The notes: a model not told the origin generated them from the sequence alone. DNA of 64,000 nt from Oscillospiraceae bacterium (GCA_009780275.1 WRAI01000004.1:21212-85211), one strand, 5' to 3'. Counted from the stretch's first letter, positions 11,008-22,341 are shown. Numbers and translations: made by a program.

Positions 11008-11631
11008 ATGTTGAAAAACATAATCATTGCAGGTCCGGCAAGAGTCGGCAAATCAACATTGGCAAGAGAAATAGGCGAAGAGCTAGGATATTTTGTCATT
11101 GGCCTTGACAAACTTGTCGCCGTGTTTCAAGAGGCATATCCGCAGCTGGATATTCGGCTTGCTTGGGACAGAGAAAAAACAAGCGCTAATTTGGCGCCGT
11201 TTCTTGGTCACTTTCTTGGTGCGTTTTTTTCGGCTGACGGGCGAGGATTGCTGCCGTACAGCCATGGCGCGGTAAAAGGAAATGCGTTTGTTTTGGAAGG
11301 TGGCTATGTTGATTTTGAAAAGATGCTGCCTATTCTGAAAACGTATGGGATACAAAAGTTAAAAGAAAATTTTATCCTTATAGGACTGATGCAGAATAAG
11401 AAAACAGTAGATGAGTTTATCAGCGATATCAAAAAATACGATACTAAAAACGATTGGACATATGGCTTTAGTGATGATGACTTGAGATGGGTATATGAAG
11501 ACGTTATGTCATCCGGTCAACATATGTCTGATTATCTGGTGAAGTATGGCTTTACGATGTATGATGCATCTACGGAGCGGGAGCAGGTTTTGGCTCAAAT
11601 TGTAGAAGATATAAAAGCGAAATTGGGTTAA
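11008..11631 (+). CDS. P-loop NTPase/kinase-like hypothetical protein
   Basis: Walker A IIAGPARVGKST near the N-terminus; visibly AT-richer than neighbours; family not recognised. Confidence 0.55.
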   Translation: MLKNIIIAGPARVGKSTLAREIGEELGYFVIGLDKLVAVFQEAYPQLDIRLAWDREKTSANLAPFLGHFLGAFFSADGRGLLPYSHGAVKGNAFVLEGGYVDFEKMLPILKTYGIQKLKENFILIGLMQNKKTVDEFISDIKKYDTKNDWTYGFSDDDLRWVYEDVMSSGQHMSDYLVKYGFTMYDASTEREQVLAQIVEDIKAKLG

Positions 11632-11676
11632 GAAAATCTCAGGCATTCCGCAAACAACCACGGAGGTAACAACGAT

Positions 11677-12237
11677 ATGTTAACTAAGGCAAATATTGTG
11701 ACATTGGCGCGGATTGCACTGATTCCGGCGTTTATGATTTTGTTGCTGGCGGGCACACAAGCAACAACCGTTGCGGCCGTCATTATTTTCGTGGTTGCCA
11801 GTGCTACCGACTGGGTGGATGGCTTTTTGGCGCGCAAATACAACGAAGTCACGACATTTGGAAAGTTTATTGACCCCTTGGCGGACAAATTGCTGGTTAC
11901 AGCGGCGCTGCTTATTTTTGTGCAGCACGGACACCTTGCGTCGTGGGCAGCGATGTTGATTATTGCACGGGAGTTTATTATTACGTCGCTGCGTTTGGTG
12001 GCGCTAGCAAAAGGCGAAGTATTGGCAGCGGATTTTTCGGGCAAGCTAAAAACCATCGTACAAATTTCTTGCACGATTTTTATTTTGGTTATCGGTACAG
12101 AGCAACTATATAACTTACTGGGGCATAGCGCCGAAACGGCATCGCAACTGGCGTTATGGGCGGGGTATTTGATGGTAGCCGTGACACTTTGGTCAGGGGT
12201 TGATTACTTGGTACGGCATAGGGATGTTTTGAAGTAA
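11677..12237 (+). CDS. pgsA: CDP-diacylglycerol--glycerol-3-phosphate 3-phosphatidyltransferase
   Basis: CDP-alcohol phosphatidyltransferase motif DWVDGFLAR..G..DPLADK; 186 aa polytopic. Confidence 0.92.
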   Translation: MLTKANIVTLARIALIPAFMILLLAGTQATTVAAVIIFVVASATDWVDGFLARKYNEVTTFGKFIDPLADKLLVTAALLIFVQHGHLASWAAMLIIAREFIITSLRLVALAKGEVLAADFSGKLKTIVQISCTIFILVIGTEQLYNLLGHSAETASQLALWAGYLMVAVTLWSGVDYLVRHRDVLK

Positions 12238-12287
12238 GCAAGCGAGAAATCAACGGGTGAGCGTAAAAGTAGAAAACTCATCGTTAC

Positions 12288-12791
12288 TCACAAACCCAGC
12301 CGATACAGCGCCGCATTTTTAACGCGCGGATGGTTGGGCAGCGCTTGCACTTCCAGCAAAATATAGCCCAAGTCCTCGTAAAAAGCGCGGATTTTTGGAC
12401 GGTCGGCATTGCAATCGAGATAAGATGCAGCAAACCCCATGGCCTTGCATTCGGCGATGGCATACTGCATCATTTTTTTGGCCAAACCTTGTCCGGCATA
12501 GGCGCGCCGAATGGCCACTTTGTGCAGAAAGCCGTAGGGCCCAACCGGCAAGCGCTGCCACAGCCATCTGTCGTTGTCGCGCAAAGGGCTAAGCACCAAC
12601 GTGCCAACGCTGCTGCCGCATTCGTCGTACATAACGACAAATTCTTCAGCCGGCGCGCCGATGTTTTGCTGCGACAAATAATCGTCGTCCAGCGGCCAGT
12701 TTGGTTGACCGATCTCAAACATCCAAGCTGCCGCCTCGCGCATAATCGACAGCGATTCGGCAACGTCACCGCGTGTGAATGCGTAGCTCAT
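12288..12791 (-). CDS. GNAT family N-acetyltransferase
   Basis: Acetyl-CoA binding motif [18 protein letters not shown]; ATGA overlap with the ruvB stop. Confidence 0.8.
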   Translation of the reverse strand: MSYAFTRGDVAESLSIMREAAAWMFEIGQPNWPLDDDYLSQQNIGAPAEEFVVMYDECGSSVGTLVLSPLRDNDRWLWQRLPVGPYGFLHKVAIRRAYAGQGLAKKMMQYAIAECKAMGFAASYLDCNADRPKIRAFYEDLGYILLEVQALPNHPRVKNAALYRLGL

Positions 12792-13840
12792 AGCGTCATC
12801 TGCCCATCGTTGCTGATATACGTCAGCCCCAAATGCTCATACGCCTTGCGCGTCACAACACGCCCGCGAGGCGTGCGGTTCAAGAACCCCATTTGCAGCA
12901 AATACGGCTCATATACGTCCTCGATGGTTACCGATTCTTCGTTAATTGTAGCCGCTAATGTGTCCAACCCCACAGGGCCGCCCCCGTAATTGTCAATCAT
13001 TGAGCGCAACATACTGCGGTCGGTTTCGTCAAGGCCGAGTGTGTCGATTGCCATTTTTGCCAAGGCATGGTCGGCAAGCTCGCGTGTAATGATACCGCCG
13101 CCGACAACTTGCGCAAAGTCGCGTACTCGCCGCAGCAGCCGGTTGGCAACACGTGGTGTGCCGCGGCTGCGTGAGGCGATTTCACGCGAACCGTCTTCTT
13201 CAATGGCGATGGATAAAATGCCCGCCGAACGCTTGACAATGGCCATTAGTTCATAGGTCGAATACATTTCCAGCCGCTCTACCATGCCGAACCGTGCACG
13301 TAACGGCGACTGGATTTGTCCCGCCCGTGTTGTCGCGCCGACGAGCGTAAATTTTTGTATTGGCATACGTATCGCGCTTGCGCCCTGCCCTTTGGCGAGC
13401 ACGATGTCGATAACAAAATCCTCCATCGCCGAATAGAGGATTTCTTCAACGGTGCTGTTGAGGCGATGGATTTCGTCTATAAATAGAACATCAAAGGCTT
13501 GCAGGCCGTTCAAAATGGCCGCCAAATCGCCGGGGCGTTCCAACACCGGCCCCGATGTGGCGCGCATATTGACGCCCATCTCTTTGGCGATAACGTGGGC
13601 GAGCGAGGTTTTGCCCAACCCCGGCGGGCCGTAAAATAAAGCGTGGTCAAGCGGCTCGCTTCGCATACGCGCCGCCTCGATGTAGATTGACAGATTTTCT
13701 TTGAGTTTTTCCTGTCCCAGATACTCGTCAAGCGACTGCGGACGCAGTGACAGCTCGTTTTCGTCGGCAGTTGTTGAGCGAGTGGAAATCACGCGTTCTT
13801 CTAATTCTAATTCGTTATCATCATTAAAGTCAATCGGCAT
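12788..13840 (-). CDS. ruvB: Holliday junction branch migration helicase RuvB
   Basis: Walker [12 protein letters not shown], Walker B FIDEIHR, RuvB C-terminal winged helix. ATG 13840 preceded by GGAGG; the track ORF extends to 13954. Confidence 0.95.
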   Translation of the reverse strand: MPIDFNDDNELELEERVISTRSTTADENELSLRPQSLDEYLGQEKLKENLSIYIEAARMRSEPLDHALFYGPPGLGKTSLAHVIAKEMGVNMRATSGPVLERPGDLAAILNGLQAFDVLFIDEIHRLNSTVEEILYSAMEDFVIDIVLAKGQGASAIRMPIQKFTLVGATTRAGQIQSPLRARFGMVERLEMYSTYELMAIVKRSAGILSIAIEEDGSREIASRSRGTPRVANRLLRRVRDFAQVVGGGIITRELADHALAKMAIDTLGLDETDRSMLRSMIDNYGGGPVGLDTLAATINEESVTIEDVYEPYLLQMGFLNRTPRGRVVTRKAYEHLGLTYISNDGQMTL

Positions 13841-13910
13841 AGGTAGCCTCCTGTGTGGTAAGGGGCACGCAACAAGGCGCATCCCGCGGATTGTATCTTG
13901 GGAACGTCCT

Positions 13911-14630
13911 CTACAAGGCTGCGATTTGTGCGCCGAGGTCGTTGATGAATTCATTTATACAGAAAGGCGCGCGCCAGTCGTAAATGTGTGTTTCGATAAT
14001 ATTTAGTTCATAGTTTTCATCAGAGCCAATTAGCGCAGGCATAAACTCGTCGCTTTCAACCAATAAAAGGTATGCGCGACTTGTATCGGAGTTAAAGCCA
14101 TCTATTGTGTGAGAATAAACTCCTACAAGCAAACTCTCTCCATCGGCCAACACAACAGTTTCATAGTGCACTGAATCGCCGCCATCACTGATCTCCCAAC
14201 CCTGATAAATTTGCTCAACCTCACCGTTGTAGCGAAAAATGAGGAAGGGCCTCTCGACCCCTGCCGGATAGTACCAACGCAACAATAGTTCAGGGATGCC
14301 GCTGTTGTCAAAGTCGATAAGCCGGGCATATCGGATCGTTGGCACTGTTTCATTGCCAAACTCATCAGGCGGGGATGATCCGACCCGCGCGATTTCGTCC
14401 TGCAAAAAATCCCGATACGCCGTTAACGCACTGCGCAACGCCGAAACGTTAACTTCTGCCGGCGGTGCTAGAACTGTCAACTCCGTTATTTCCGCCGATG
14501 TTTCGGCAGACGGGGTAAAGTTGTTGTACATATCACGGCCGTCTTGCGGCGCTTGCAAAAAAAGGATGCCGACGGCAATGACAAACGCCGCAACCGTGGT
14601 CGCAAGAGCCAATAGGATGATTTTTTTCAT
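13911..14630 (-). CDS. membrane-anchored hypothetical protein
   Basis: N-terminal anchor [24 protein letters not shown]. Contains a [14 protein letters not shown] motif shared with the protein at 27066..28610. Confidence 0.5.
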   Translation of the reverse strand: MKKIILLALATTVAAFVIAVGILFLQAPQDGRDMYNNFTPSAETSAEITELTVLAPPAEVNVSALRSALTAYRDFLQDEIARVGSSPPDEFGNETVPTIRYARLIDFDNSGIPELLLRWYYPAGVERPFLIFRYNGEVEQIYQGWEISDGGDSVHYETVVLADGESLLVGVYSHTIDGFNSDTSRAYLLLVESDEFMPALIGSDENYELNIIETHIYDWRAPFCINEFINDLGAQIAAL

Positions 14631-14652
14631 GTAAGCATGCCCTCCGATAAAA

Positions 14653-16626
<1,974 letters not shown>

Positions 16627-16654
16627 CTAATTTTACCATGCCATGAAAATTATG

Positions 16655-17173
16655 TCAACTAAAAAATCTCACAAAAAACGCCGCCGCCGTCATGCCGACT
16701 AAATCGCTTAACAGCGCTACCGGCAAGGCGAATTTCGCCTTTGAAACGCCTGCGCCGCCGAGGTAGACGGTCATGGTATAAAATGTCGTTTCCGTTGAGC
16801 CGAGCATGACGGCGGCGGTGCGTCCGGCGAGGCTGTCAACACCGTGCGTTTGCATAATGTCGGCTCCCAACGCTAACGCGCCGCTACCCGAAAATGGGCG
16901 CAATAGCACAAGTGGTGCCGTTTCCGGCGGAATGCCCAGAAACGAAAACACAGGCGTGACGGCAACAGTCAGCCAATCGAGCAGCCCACTGGCGCGCATC
17001 ATGCCGATGGCGGTGAGTAGCGCGATGAGTGCGGGGATGATGTTGAGCAAAATTTTTAACCCGTCGCCCGCGCCGCTAACGAGATTGCCATAAACGTCAA
17101 CACGCCGTGACAGCCCGTGCGCGGCAACGAGCAGCAGGATAAGTGGTACGGTCATTGAGCCGATAAGTGTCAT
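16655..17173 (-). CDS. spmB: spore maturation protein B (nucleoside-recognition/Gate domain)
   Basis: 172 aa polytopic protein with a SpmB-like sequence (..LLRPFSGSGALAL..). Confidence 0.8.
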   Translation of the reverse strand: MTLIGSMTVPLILLLVAAHGLSRRVDVYGNLVSGAGDGLKILLNIIPALIALLTAIGMMRASGLLDWLTVAVTPVFSFLGIPPETAPLVLLRPFSGSGALALGADIMQTHGVDSLAGRTAAVMLGSTETTFYTMTVYLGGAGVSKAKFALPVALLSDLVGMTAAAFFVRFFS

Positions 17174-17261
17174 GCTGCATCCCTCTCGTAGGGCGCGATA
17201 ATTTTAACGCGCCGTGATTGGCAAGCACTCGTTGCCATATGTACAACCATATGCTTACATA

Positions 17262-17293
17262 ACAAAAAAAGACCGCCATGGGGGGCGGTCTTT
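17262..17293 (-). terminator. rho-independent terminator of the zinc-ribbon gene
   Basis: Minus-strand AAAGACCGCC-loop-GGCGGTCTTT followed by TTTTTTTG. Confidence 0.85.
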
Positions 17294-17309
17294 GGAATAG
17301 AGGTCTGGC

Positions 17310-17981
17310 CTATTGCTTTTCTTGATGCGCTTTCAGGTTTTGTTGTGCGCCGACGAGGTACAGCACCGGGTATATAAATGCAAACATGCCGCCAAATCCT
17401 ATGGCGAGACCGAACCAGCCGCCCCATGCCAGCGCGACCAGTACAGCGGAAATCGCGATCTGCACCATTGAAATGATAGCCAGCGTGCGCAAGAATTTGG
17501 CTTTTTCCAGTTTTTCGCGGTTGGTGATGCCCATAATGCCTATAAACAAGTCGAATCCGCCGACAAGCGCTGCAAAACCAAAGTAAATCGTCCACATTGT
17601 GGTCGTCGCCGTTGGAATAAACGAATCCCAAAATCCGCCGTTTATACCAAGGTCGTAGTAAAGGCCGGAAAGATCATTGAAAAGCTCGGTAAAGATAGCG
17701 GTAATGTCGCCGCCGCCAACCAGCCCCCAAAGTGCTACCATTATGCCGGATGCGCCCGCAAGAACGTACAGGATGCCCATAACAAGCAAGAATATGCGCC
17801 CTTTAGCAGGATTCTGCGGGCGCAGAAATGGATAATATGCTGTAGCGGATTGCGTGGATTGTATTAGGGGTTCAGGTGTAACGGACGCGGTTGTTTCACA
17901 GACGGCCGCTGCGCCGCATTGTTGGCAGAATTTGTCGCCAGAAATAAAAGCTTTGCCGCAGGTTGTGCAGAATTTGGACAT
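17310..17981 (-). CDS. zinc-ribbon domain membrane protein
   Basis: N-terminal CxxC-x10-CxxC (FCTTCG..FCQQCG), then about 5 hydrophobic segments. Confidence 0.55.
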   Translation of the reverse strand: MSKFCTTCGKAFISGDKFCQQCGAAAVCETTASVTPEPLIQSTQSATAYYPFLRPQNPAKGRIFLLVMGILYVLAGASGIMVALWGLVGGGDITAIFTELFNDLSGLYYDLGINGGFWDSFIPTATTTMWTIYFGFAALVGGFDLFIGIMGITNREKLEKAKFLRTLAIISMVQIAISAVLVALAWGGWFGLAIGFGGMFAFIYPVLYLVGAQQNLKAHQEKQ

Positions 17982-18029
17982 AAGTTATCATCCTTTCTTG
18001 CATAGACATACAATGCATCCAATTTACAC

Positions 18030-18641
18030 TTATAATAGCACATTATGGCATTGGCTGTCAATCTTTGAAGAAAACGCCTGCAATATTTTAATCGCCGCCA
18101 GTGAAAATGCCATAGCGACAATCGACGTCAGCCACACAGGAAGTAATATATCAAATGGCGACGCCGCGCCCAGTGATGCACGCACGCCGCCAACGGTCGC
18201 GGGAATCAGCTGAATGGAGGCTGTGTTCATGACAAGCAGGGCCACTAAATCTTTGCAGGCCAAGCTGCCATCGCCATTGATTTTTTGCAACCGCTTTGCC
18301 GCACGTACGCCTGCCGGCGTCGCTGCGTTGCCCAGCCCCAGCAAATTTGCCGAAACATTGGCACTGATGGCCTCCATCGCCTCGTTGTCATGTCTTGCCG
18401 AGGGAAAAATCAGGCCCAGCACAGGCGAAAGCAATTTTGCTAATCCACCTGCAAGTCCCGATGCCCGCATGACCGCCATTACGCCCGACCACAGGCAAAG
18501 AATGCCTGCCATAGCGATGCATAGTTGCACAGCCTGCGCCGCACCGTCAAACGCGCCTGTGGCAAGGGATGCCGCATTGCCTGTGAGCAGTGCGTAGCCC
18601 AGAGAAGCCGCCACCATGATGATCCAAGACCAAGAGAGCAT
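18030..18641 (-). CDS. spmA: spore maturation protein A (nucleoside-recognition/Gate domain)
   Basis: SpmA-like polytopic protein. ATG 18641 preceded by GGAGG at 7 nt; the track ORF starts at 18677. Confidence 0.8.
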   Translation of the reverse strand: MLSWSWIIMVAASLGYALLTGNAASLATGAFDGAAQAVQLCIAMAGILCLWSGVMAVMRASGLAGGLAKLLSPVLGLIFPSARHDNEAMEAISANVSANLLGLGNAATPAGVRAAKRLQKINGDGSLACKDLVALLVMNTASIQLIPATVGGVRASLGAASPFDILLPVWLTSIVAMAFSLAAIKILQAFSSKIDSQCHNVLL

Positions 18642-18732
18642 AGAGAGCCTCCGAAACTTTGAAAATTCCTTGGTCAAGCGTATGCGTCATATGGGGGGGG
18701 TATGCGTTGTAGAAGTGGCAGCCGACACTGCT

Positions 18733-18761
18733 TTGACAAGCGCGACCGCTGTTGATATAAT
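18733..18761 (+). promoter_or_regulatory. sigma-A promoter of the receiver-kinase-alarmone synthetase operon
   Basis: TTGACA (18733-18738), 17 nt, TATAAT (18756-18761). Confidence 0.6.
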
Positions 18762-18844
18762 GAAGCAGCGAGTAGCATGCCGGATAGCACGTGTCGCGAG
18801 GTGTGACACTATTTGTTAAAAGGCAAAGGAAAGGAAATACTTGA

Positions 18845-19285
18845 ATGAGCGAGGCAAAGAAGATTTACATCGCGGACGATGAAACCAATATTCGGTTGGG
18901 CATCAAGACCTTTTTGGAGGGTGCGGGGTATGTTGTCGAGGATTTTGAAAATGGCGATTTGCTGTTGGCTGCCTTTTCTAAAAATCCTGCCGACTTAGTC
19001 ATTTTAGACATTATGATGCCGGGGTCAAACGGTTTTGTTGTTTGCAAAGCCTTGCGAAAAATCAGTTCGGTGCCGATTATTATGCTGACGGCACGGGATA
19101 GCGACTTGGATTACGCCACCGGCTTAGACTTGGGCAGTGATGATTACTTAACCAAGCCATTCAGTCCCATGGCACTCACCATGCGCATTAAGGCGATTTT
19201 TAGGCGTATGGAGTTTGCTAAGGAGATGTACGCCGAGCAGGTGGACACGATGCAAGAGGGCGGAGAAGCCAATGAGAGTGCATAA
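18845..19285 (+). CDS. single-domain response regulator (OmpR-type receiver without a DNA-binding domain)
   Basis: 146 aa. Receiver residues DDE (IADDE), phospho-Asp in VILDIMMP, T in MLTA, K in LTKPF. It ends about 25 aa after helix 5 and the kinase gene overlaps its 3' end, leaving no room for a winged helix. Confidence 0.85.
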   Translation: MSEAKKIYIADDETNIRLGIKTFLEGAGYVVEDFENGDLLLAAFSKNPADLVILDIMMPGSNGFVVCKALRKISSVPIIMLTARDSDLDYATGLDLGSDDYLTKPFSPMALTMRIKAIFRRMEFAKEMYAEQVDTMQEGGEANESA

Positions 19286-20342
19286 GGACAAAAAGAAAGC
19301 AAGGCTGCGTCAAAGAATTCTCGCGGCGTTTTCGCTGGTGCTGTTCTTTTCGCTGCTGGTGCTGGCGGTGGGATTCAATATCGCCATTCGGCTGCTTTCG
19401 GCCAGCGACAGCTATTATTACGCCGAGCAGGACACGACCGGCCGAGCGGGCATAACGCTGTTTGTGTTGGTCGGGATTATGTTTGTTGTGTCTGTGGTTG
19501 TCACTTACTTTTTATCCAACTCTATCACGCGCCCCATTGAAAGGTTGGGTAAGTTTGCGTTGGGGATAGGAAACGGCAATTTTGATACAAATGACTTCAC
19601 CTTTCGAGACATTGAGCTGGAAAACTTAAACGCTGCTTTGAATAAATCGGTGCGACAGTTGGGGGTATATGACAGTGCGCAAAAAGACTTTTTCCAAAAC
19701 GCCTCACATGAGTTGCGCACGCCGTTAATGTCCATCAAAGTTTACGCCGAAGGCATTATTTACGACCTGATGGACGCAAAGCAGGCGGGTGAGACCATTT
19801 TGGAGGAAACTGATAGATTGTCCGAGTTGGTTGCAAACTTGCTGTACATCGCTAAAATTGACAATGTTGATAGCATCGCAACGCTCTACGCTGCCGAGAA
19901 GGTTGACTTGAAAGAGGTCATTAAAACGTGCACTGCGCGGCAACAGGCTGTTGCCGATAAAAAGCAAATTGTTTTTAGCTTTGATTCTGATGATGACGCC
20001 ATTTTTTATATATGTTCCGCCGAGTTGATGGCGCGGGCTGTCGATAATCTTATCTCCAATGCAATCCGCTATGCCATGTCCACGATTACGCTTTCTTGCC
20101 GAAAGGAAGATAACAATATCGTTATCCGCATTGCAGATGATGGTAATGGCATAGAATCTGAAGTCCTGCCCCATGTTTTCGAGCGTTTTTATAAGGGTAT
20201 GGGCGGAAACACAGGCATTGGGTTGTCTATTGTCAAGTCAATCGCTGACCGCCACGACGGTTGGGTGACAGCGGAAAATGTAAATAATGGCGGTGCGGCT
20301 TTTACCATAACGTTGCCTGATGATACGACACAGAGGAGATAA
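19272..20342 (+). CDS. sensor histidine kinase (2 TM, HAMP, HisKA, HATPase_c)
   Basis: H-box FFQNASHELRTPL, N-box LISNAIRYA, G-boxes DDGNGI and GIGLSIV. ATG 19272 overlaps the receiver gene by 14 nt. Confidence 0.9.
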   Translation: MRVHKDKKKARLRQRILAAFSLVLFFSLLVLAVGFNIAIRLLSASDSYYYAEQDTTGRAGITLFVLVGIMFVVSVVVTYFLSNSITRPIERLGKFALGIGNGNFDTNDFTFRDIELENLNAALNKSVRQLGVYDSAQKDFFQNASHELRTPLMSIKVYAEGIIYDLMDAKQAGETILEETDRLSELVANLLYIAKIDNVDSIATLYAAEKVDLKEVIKTCTARQQAVADKKQIVFSFDSDDDAIFYICSAELMARAVDNLISNAIRYAMSTITLSCRKEDNNIVIRIADDGNGIESEVLPHVFERFYKGMGGNTGIGLSIVKSIADRHDGWVTAENVNNGGAAFTITLPDDTTQRR

Positions 20343-20345
20343 AAA

Positions 20346-20978
20346 GTGATTGTAAAATTTTGTGATGAGGAATTTGTGCGTCTGAAAAAGCTGCTGCTCT
20401 CTTACGAGTGGGCGCAACGGACCATGCTGACTAAGTTGAGTGTTATCCACGAATCGTTCAAATACGGTGATAACATTAATCCTATCGGATATATTGCAGG
20501 ACGCATCAAGTCGCCGGAAAGCATTGCGGGGAAATTGCATAAACAGAAACTTGCACTGACCGCCGATAATGCCAAAAAGCATATGAATGACATTGCCGGT
20601 ATTCGCATTATCTGTTCGTATGCCAAAGATATTTATTTTTTGGTCGATTTGATACGGGAAATGCCCGACGGAAACATTATCAGCGAAAAGGATTATGTGA
20701 CCAACCCAAAGCCCAGCGGGTATCGCAGTTATCATATTATTTTGGAAATTACAATATATCATTCGGGCACGACAGAGACTTTGCCGATTGAAATACAAAT
20801 CCGTACAGAAGCGATGAATTTTTGGGCAACACTGGAACATCAAGCCAAATACAAGTACAAAGAAGAAATTCCAAAGCATTTGAGCGACGAACTGATACTC
20901 TGCGCTGATAAAATTGCCGAGCTGGATAATCGAATGTTTTTGATTCATGAAATTATTTCGTTGATAAATAATGAGTAA
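20346..20978 (+). CDS. small alarmone synthetase (RelQ/RelP-type GTP pyrophosphokinase)
   Basis: 210 aa single RelA_SpoT synthetase domain: DIAGIRIICSY, KPSGYRSYHIIL, EIQIRTEAMNFWATLEH. GTV start GTG 20346 lies 3 nt after the kinase stop, with AGGAGA in the kinase 3' end. Confidence 0.9.
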   Translation: MIVKFCDEEFVRLKKLLLSYEWAQRTMLTKLSVIHESFKYGDNINPIGYIAGRIKSPESIAGKLHKQKLALTADNAKKHMNDIAGIRIICSYAKDIYFLVDLIREMPDGNIISEKDYVTNPKPSGYRSYHIILEITIYHSGTTETLPIEIQIRTEAMNFWATLEHQAKYKYKEEIPKHLSDELILCADKIAELDNRMFLIHEIISLINNE

Positions 20979-20986
20979 AGGCACAG

Positions 20987-21011
20987 CGGGCGGGCATGAA
21001 AGCCCGCCCCT
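20987..21011. terminator. GC-rich hairpin between convergent genes (no clear U-tract)
   Basis: GCGGGCGGGC-atgaaa-GCCCGCCCC. Confidence 0.55.
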
Positions 21012-21017
21012 ACAATG

Positions 21018-22055
21018 TTAGGCTGCCGACGCGTGATCTATGCAACACTTAGATTCGCCGGATTTTAGCATGTTGCTGATAAAGATGCCGTAGCCTTTTT
21101 GTGCGTCGTTGACGAACACGTGAGTAATCGCGCCGATGAGTTTACCGTTTTGTACAATCGGGCTGCCGCTCATGCCTTGTACGATACCGCCAGTTTTGGC
21201 AATCAGCTCAGGGTCGGTCACTTTGACAATCATATTGCGTGAATCGCGGTTGCCTAGCAGGCGTATGATTTCGATGTCGTATTGCCGCACTTGATCATCG
21301 GAAACTTGGCAGTATATTGTCGCCATGCCCGTGCTGATTTCGCTATCTTGCGCGATGGGCAGCGGTTTGTTTTTTGATGGTATAGCCGATGGTTTTGTCG
21401 TGCCGAAAATGCCGTTTTCGGTGTTGCTGTATAAATCGCCCATGTGGTCGTTGAGGTCAAAGCTACCGCGCAGTTCGCCCGGGTCGCCGGGCAGTCCGCG
21501 TTTGACATCAATGATGTCGGCGGGCGAAACCGTGCCGCTTTCGAGTGGGAGAAGCTGGCTCGTTTCGGGGTCATGAATGCCATGGCCCAGCGCGCCAAAC
21601 CGATTGCTTATGGGGTCAAAGTACGTTACCGTGCCAATGCCTGCTATGCGGTCGCGGATATACACGCCCAGCCTGTATTGTGTGTCGTTTTGCACTTTTG
21701 CAGGCGTTATCTTAATTGTAAGCGTCTTGCCGTCCCGAGTGACGCCTAATTTGATCGCACTGCCGTCGGCTTGTTGCACGGCGGCATGGAAGTCTTGTGT
21801 GCTTTCGACTTCGGTATCATTAACATGAGTAATCGTATCATTGACCTTTAAGCCGGCGTCTTGCGCGGGTGTACGTTCGCCGGCGTTGGTGGTAACGGCT
21901 GTCAAGCCGATGACCATCACGCCGTTGATGTGTGCCTGGATGCCGATGGCATTGCCCATGGGAATCAGCTCAGCCGGCAATGGCTGCGCCATGCCGATGC
22001 TGACGGTCACAACCATTGAAATTGCTAAGAGAAAAGAGATAGTTTTTTTTCGCAT
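21018..22055 (-). CDS. spoIVB: stage IV sporulation protein B (S55 signalling peptidase)
   Basis: PDZ-like region, then the S55 core ..FGALGHGI.. and ..GMSGSPIVQNGKLIGAITHVF.. ATG 22055 is preceded by GAGGTG and followed by a signal anchor; the track ORF extends to 22292. Confidence 0.9.
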   Translation of the reverse strand: MRKKTISFLLAISMVVTVSIGMAQPLPAELIPMGNAIGIQAHINGVMVIGLTAVTTNAGERTPAQDAGLKVNDTITHVNDTEVESTQDFHAAVQQADGSAIKLGVTRDGKTLTIKITPAKVQNDTQYRLGVYIRDRIAGIGTVTYFDPISNRFGALGHGIHDPETSQLLPLESGTVSPADIIDVKRGLPGDPGELRGSFDLNDHMGDLYSNTENGIFGTTKPSAIPSKNKPLPIAQDSEISTGMATIYCQVSDDQVRQYDIEIIRLLGNRDSRNMIVKVTDPELIAKTGGIVQGMSGSPIVQNGKLIGAITHVFVNDAQKGYGIFISNMLKSGESKCCIDHASAA

Positions 22056-22217
22056 TTTTGAGTCACCTCGCCTTTCGACGCCGTTACTTTGACCAAAAAA
22101 GGTGTCGCTTACTCTACCGAAAACGTGGCAAAAGCGAGGGAAAATGGCTTGGAAGCATTGTCCAATTACGTTACGAGCGGTATTGACGCGTCTGGCACAG
22201 AAAAAATTCGGTTGCGC

Positions 22218-22246
22218 TTGAAAAATATGGCAATGTGTTGTATAAT
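22218..22246 (+). promoter_or_regulatory. sigma-A promoter of the M16 peptidase pair
   Basis: TTGAAA (22218-22223), 17 nt, TATAAT (22241-22246). Confidence 0.65.
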
Positions 22247-22341
22247 GATTTGGCGAATGAACATGATATTGTAAGGAACACAGAGAAAGCATCCGCGAAG
22301 CGGATTCGGCAATTTTTTAACTTATATATTGGAGAAACTTT

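Noticed and set aside
12330-12989. 219-aa ORF antisense to the GNAT and ruvB genes
   Set aside because: It spans the junction of two well-supported minus-strand genes, has no motifs and has low-complexity composition. It is a shadow ORF.
18693-18700. Homopolymer tracts as phase-variation switches (G8 at 18693-18700 upstream of spmA; C7-A6 at 4109-4121 at the 5' end of a small ORF)
   Set aside because: An equally long G8 tract occurs inside housekeeping nrnA (41689-41696) and a G7 inside the 27066..28610 gene. Such runs therefore look like normal composition here and are not dedicated contingency loci. This can only be tested with read-level length heterogeneity.
22262-22341. Possible attenuator (ATCCGC-gaag-GCGGAT followed by a distant T-run) in the leader of the M16 operon
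   Set aside because: The stem is only 6 bp and the T-run is separated from it by 7 nt. This is too weak to call a terminator or attenuator.
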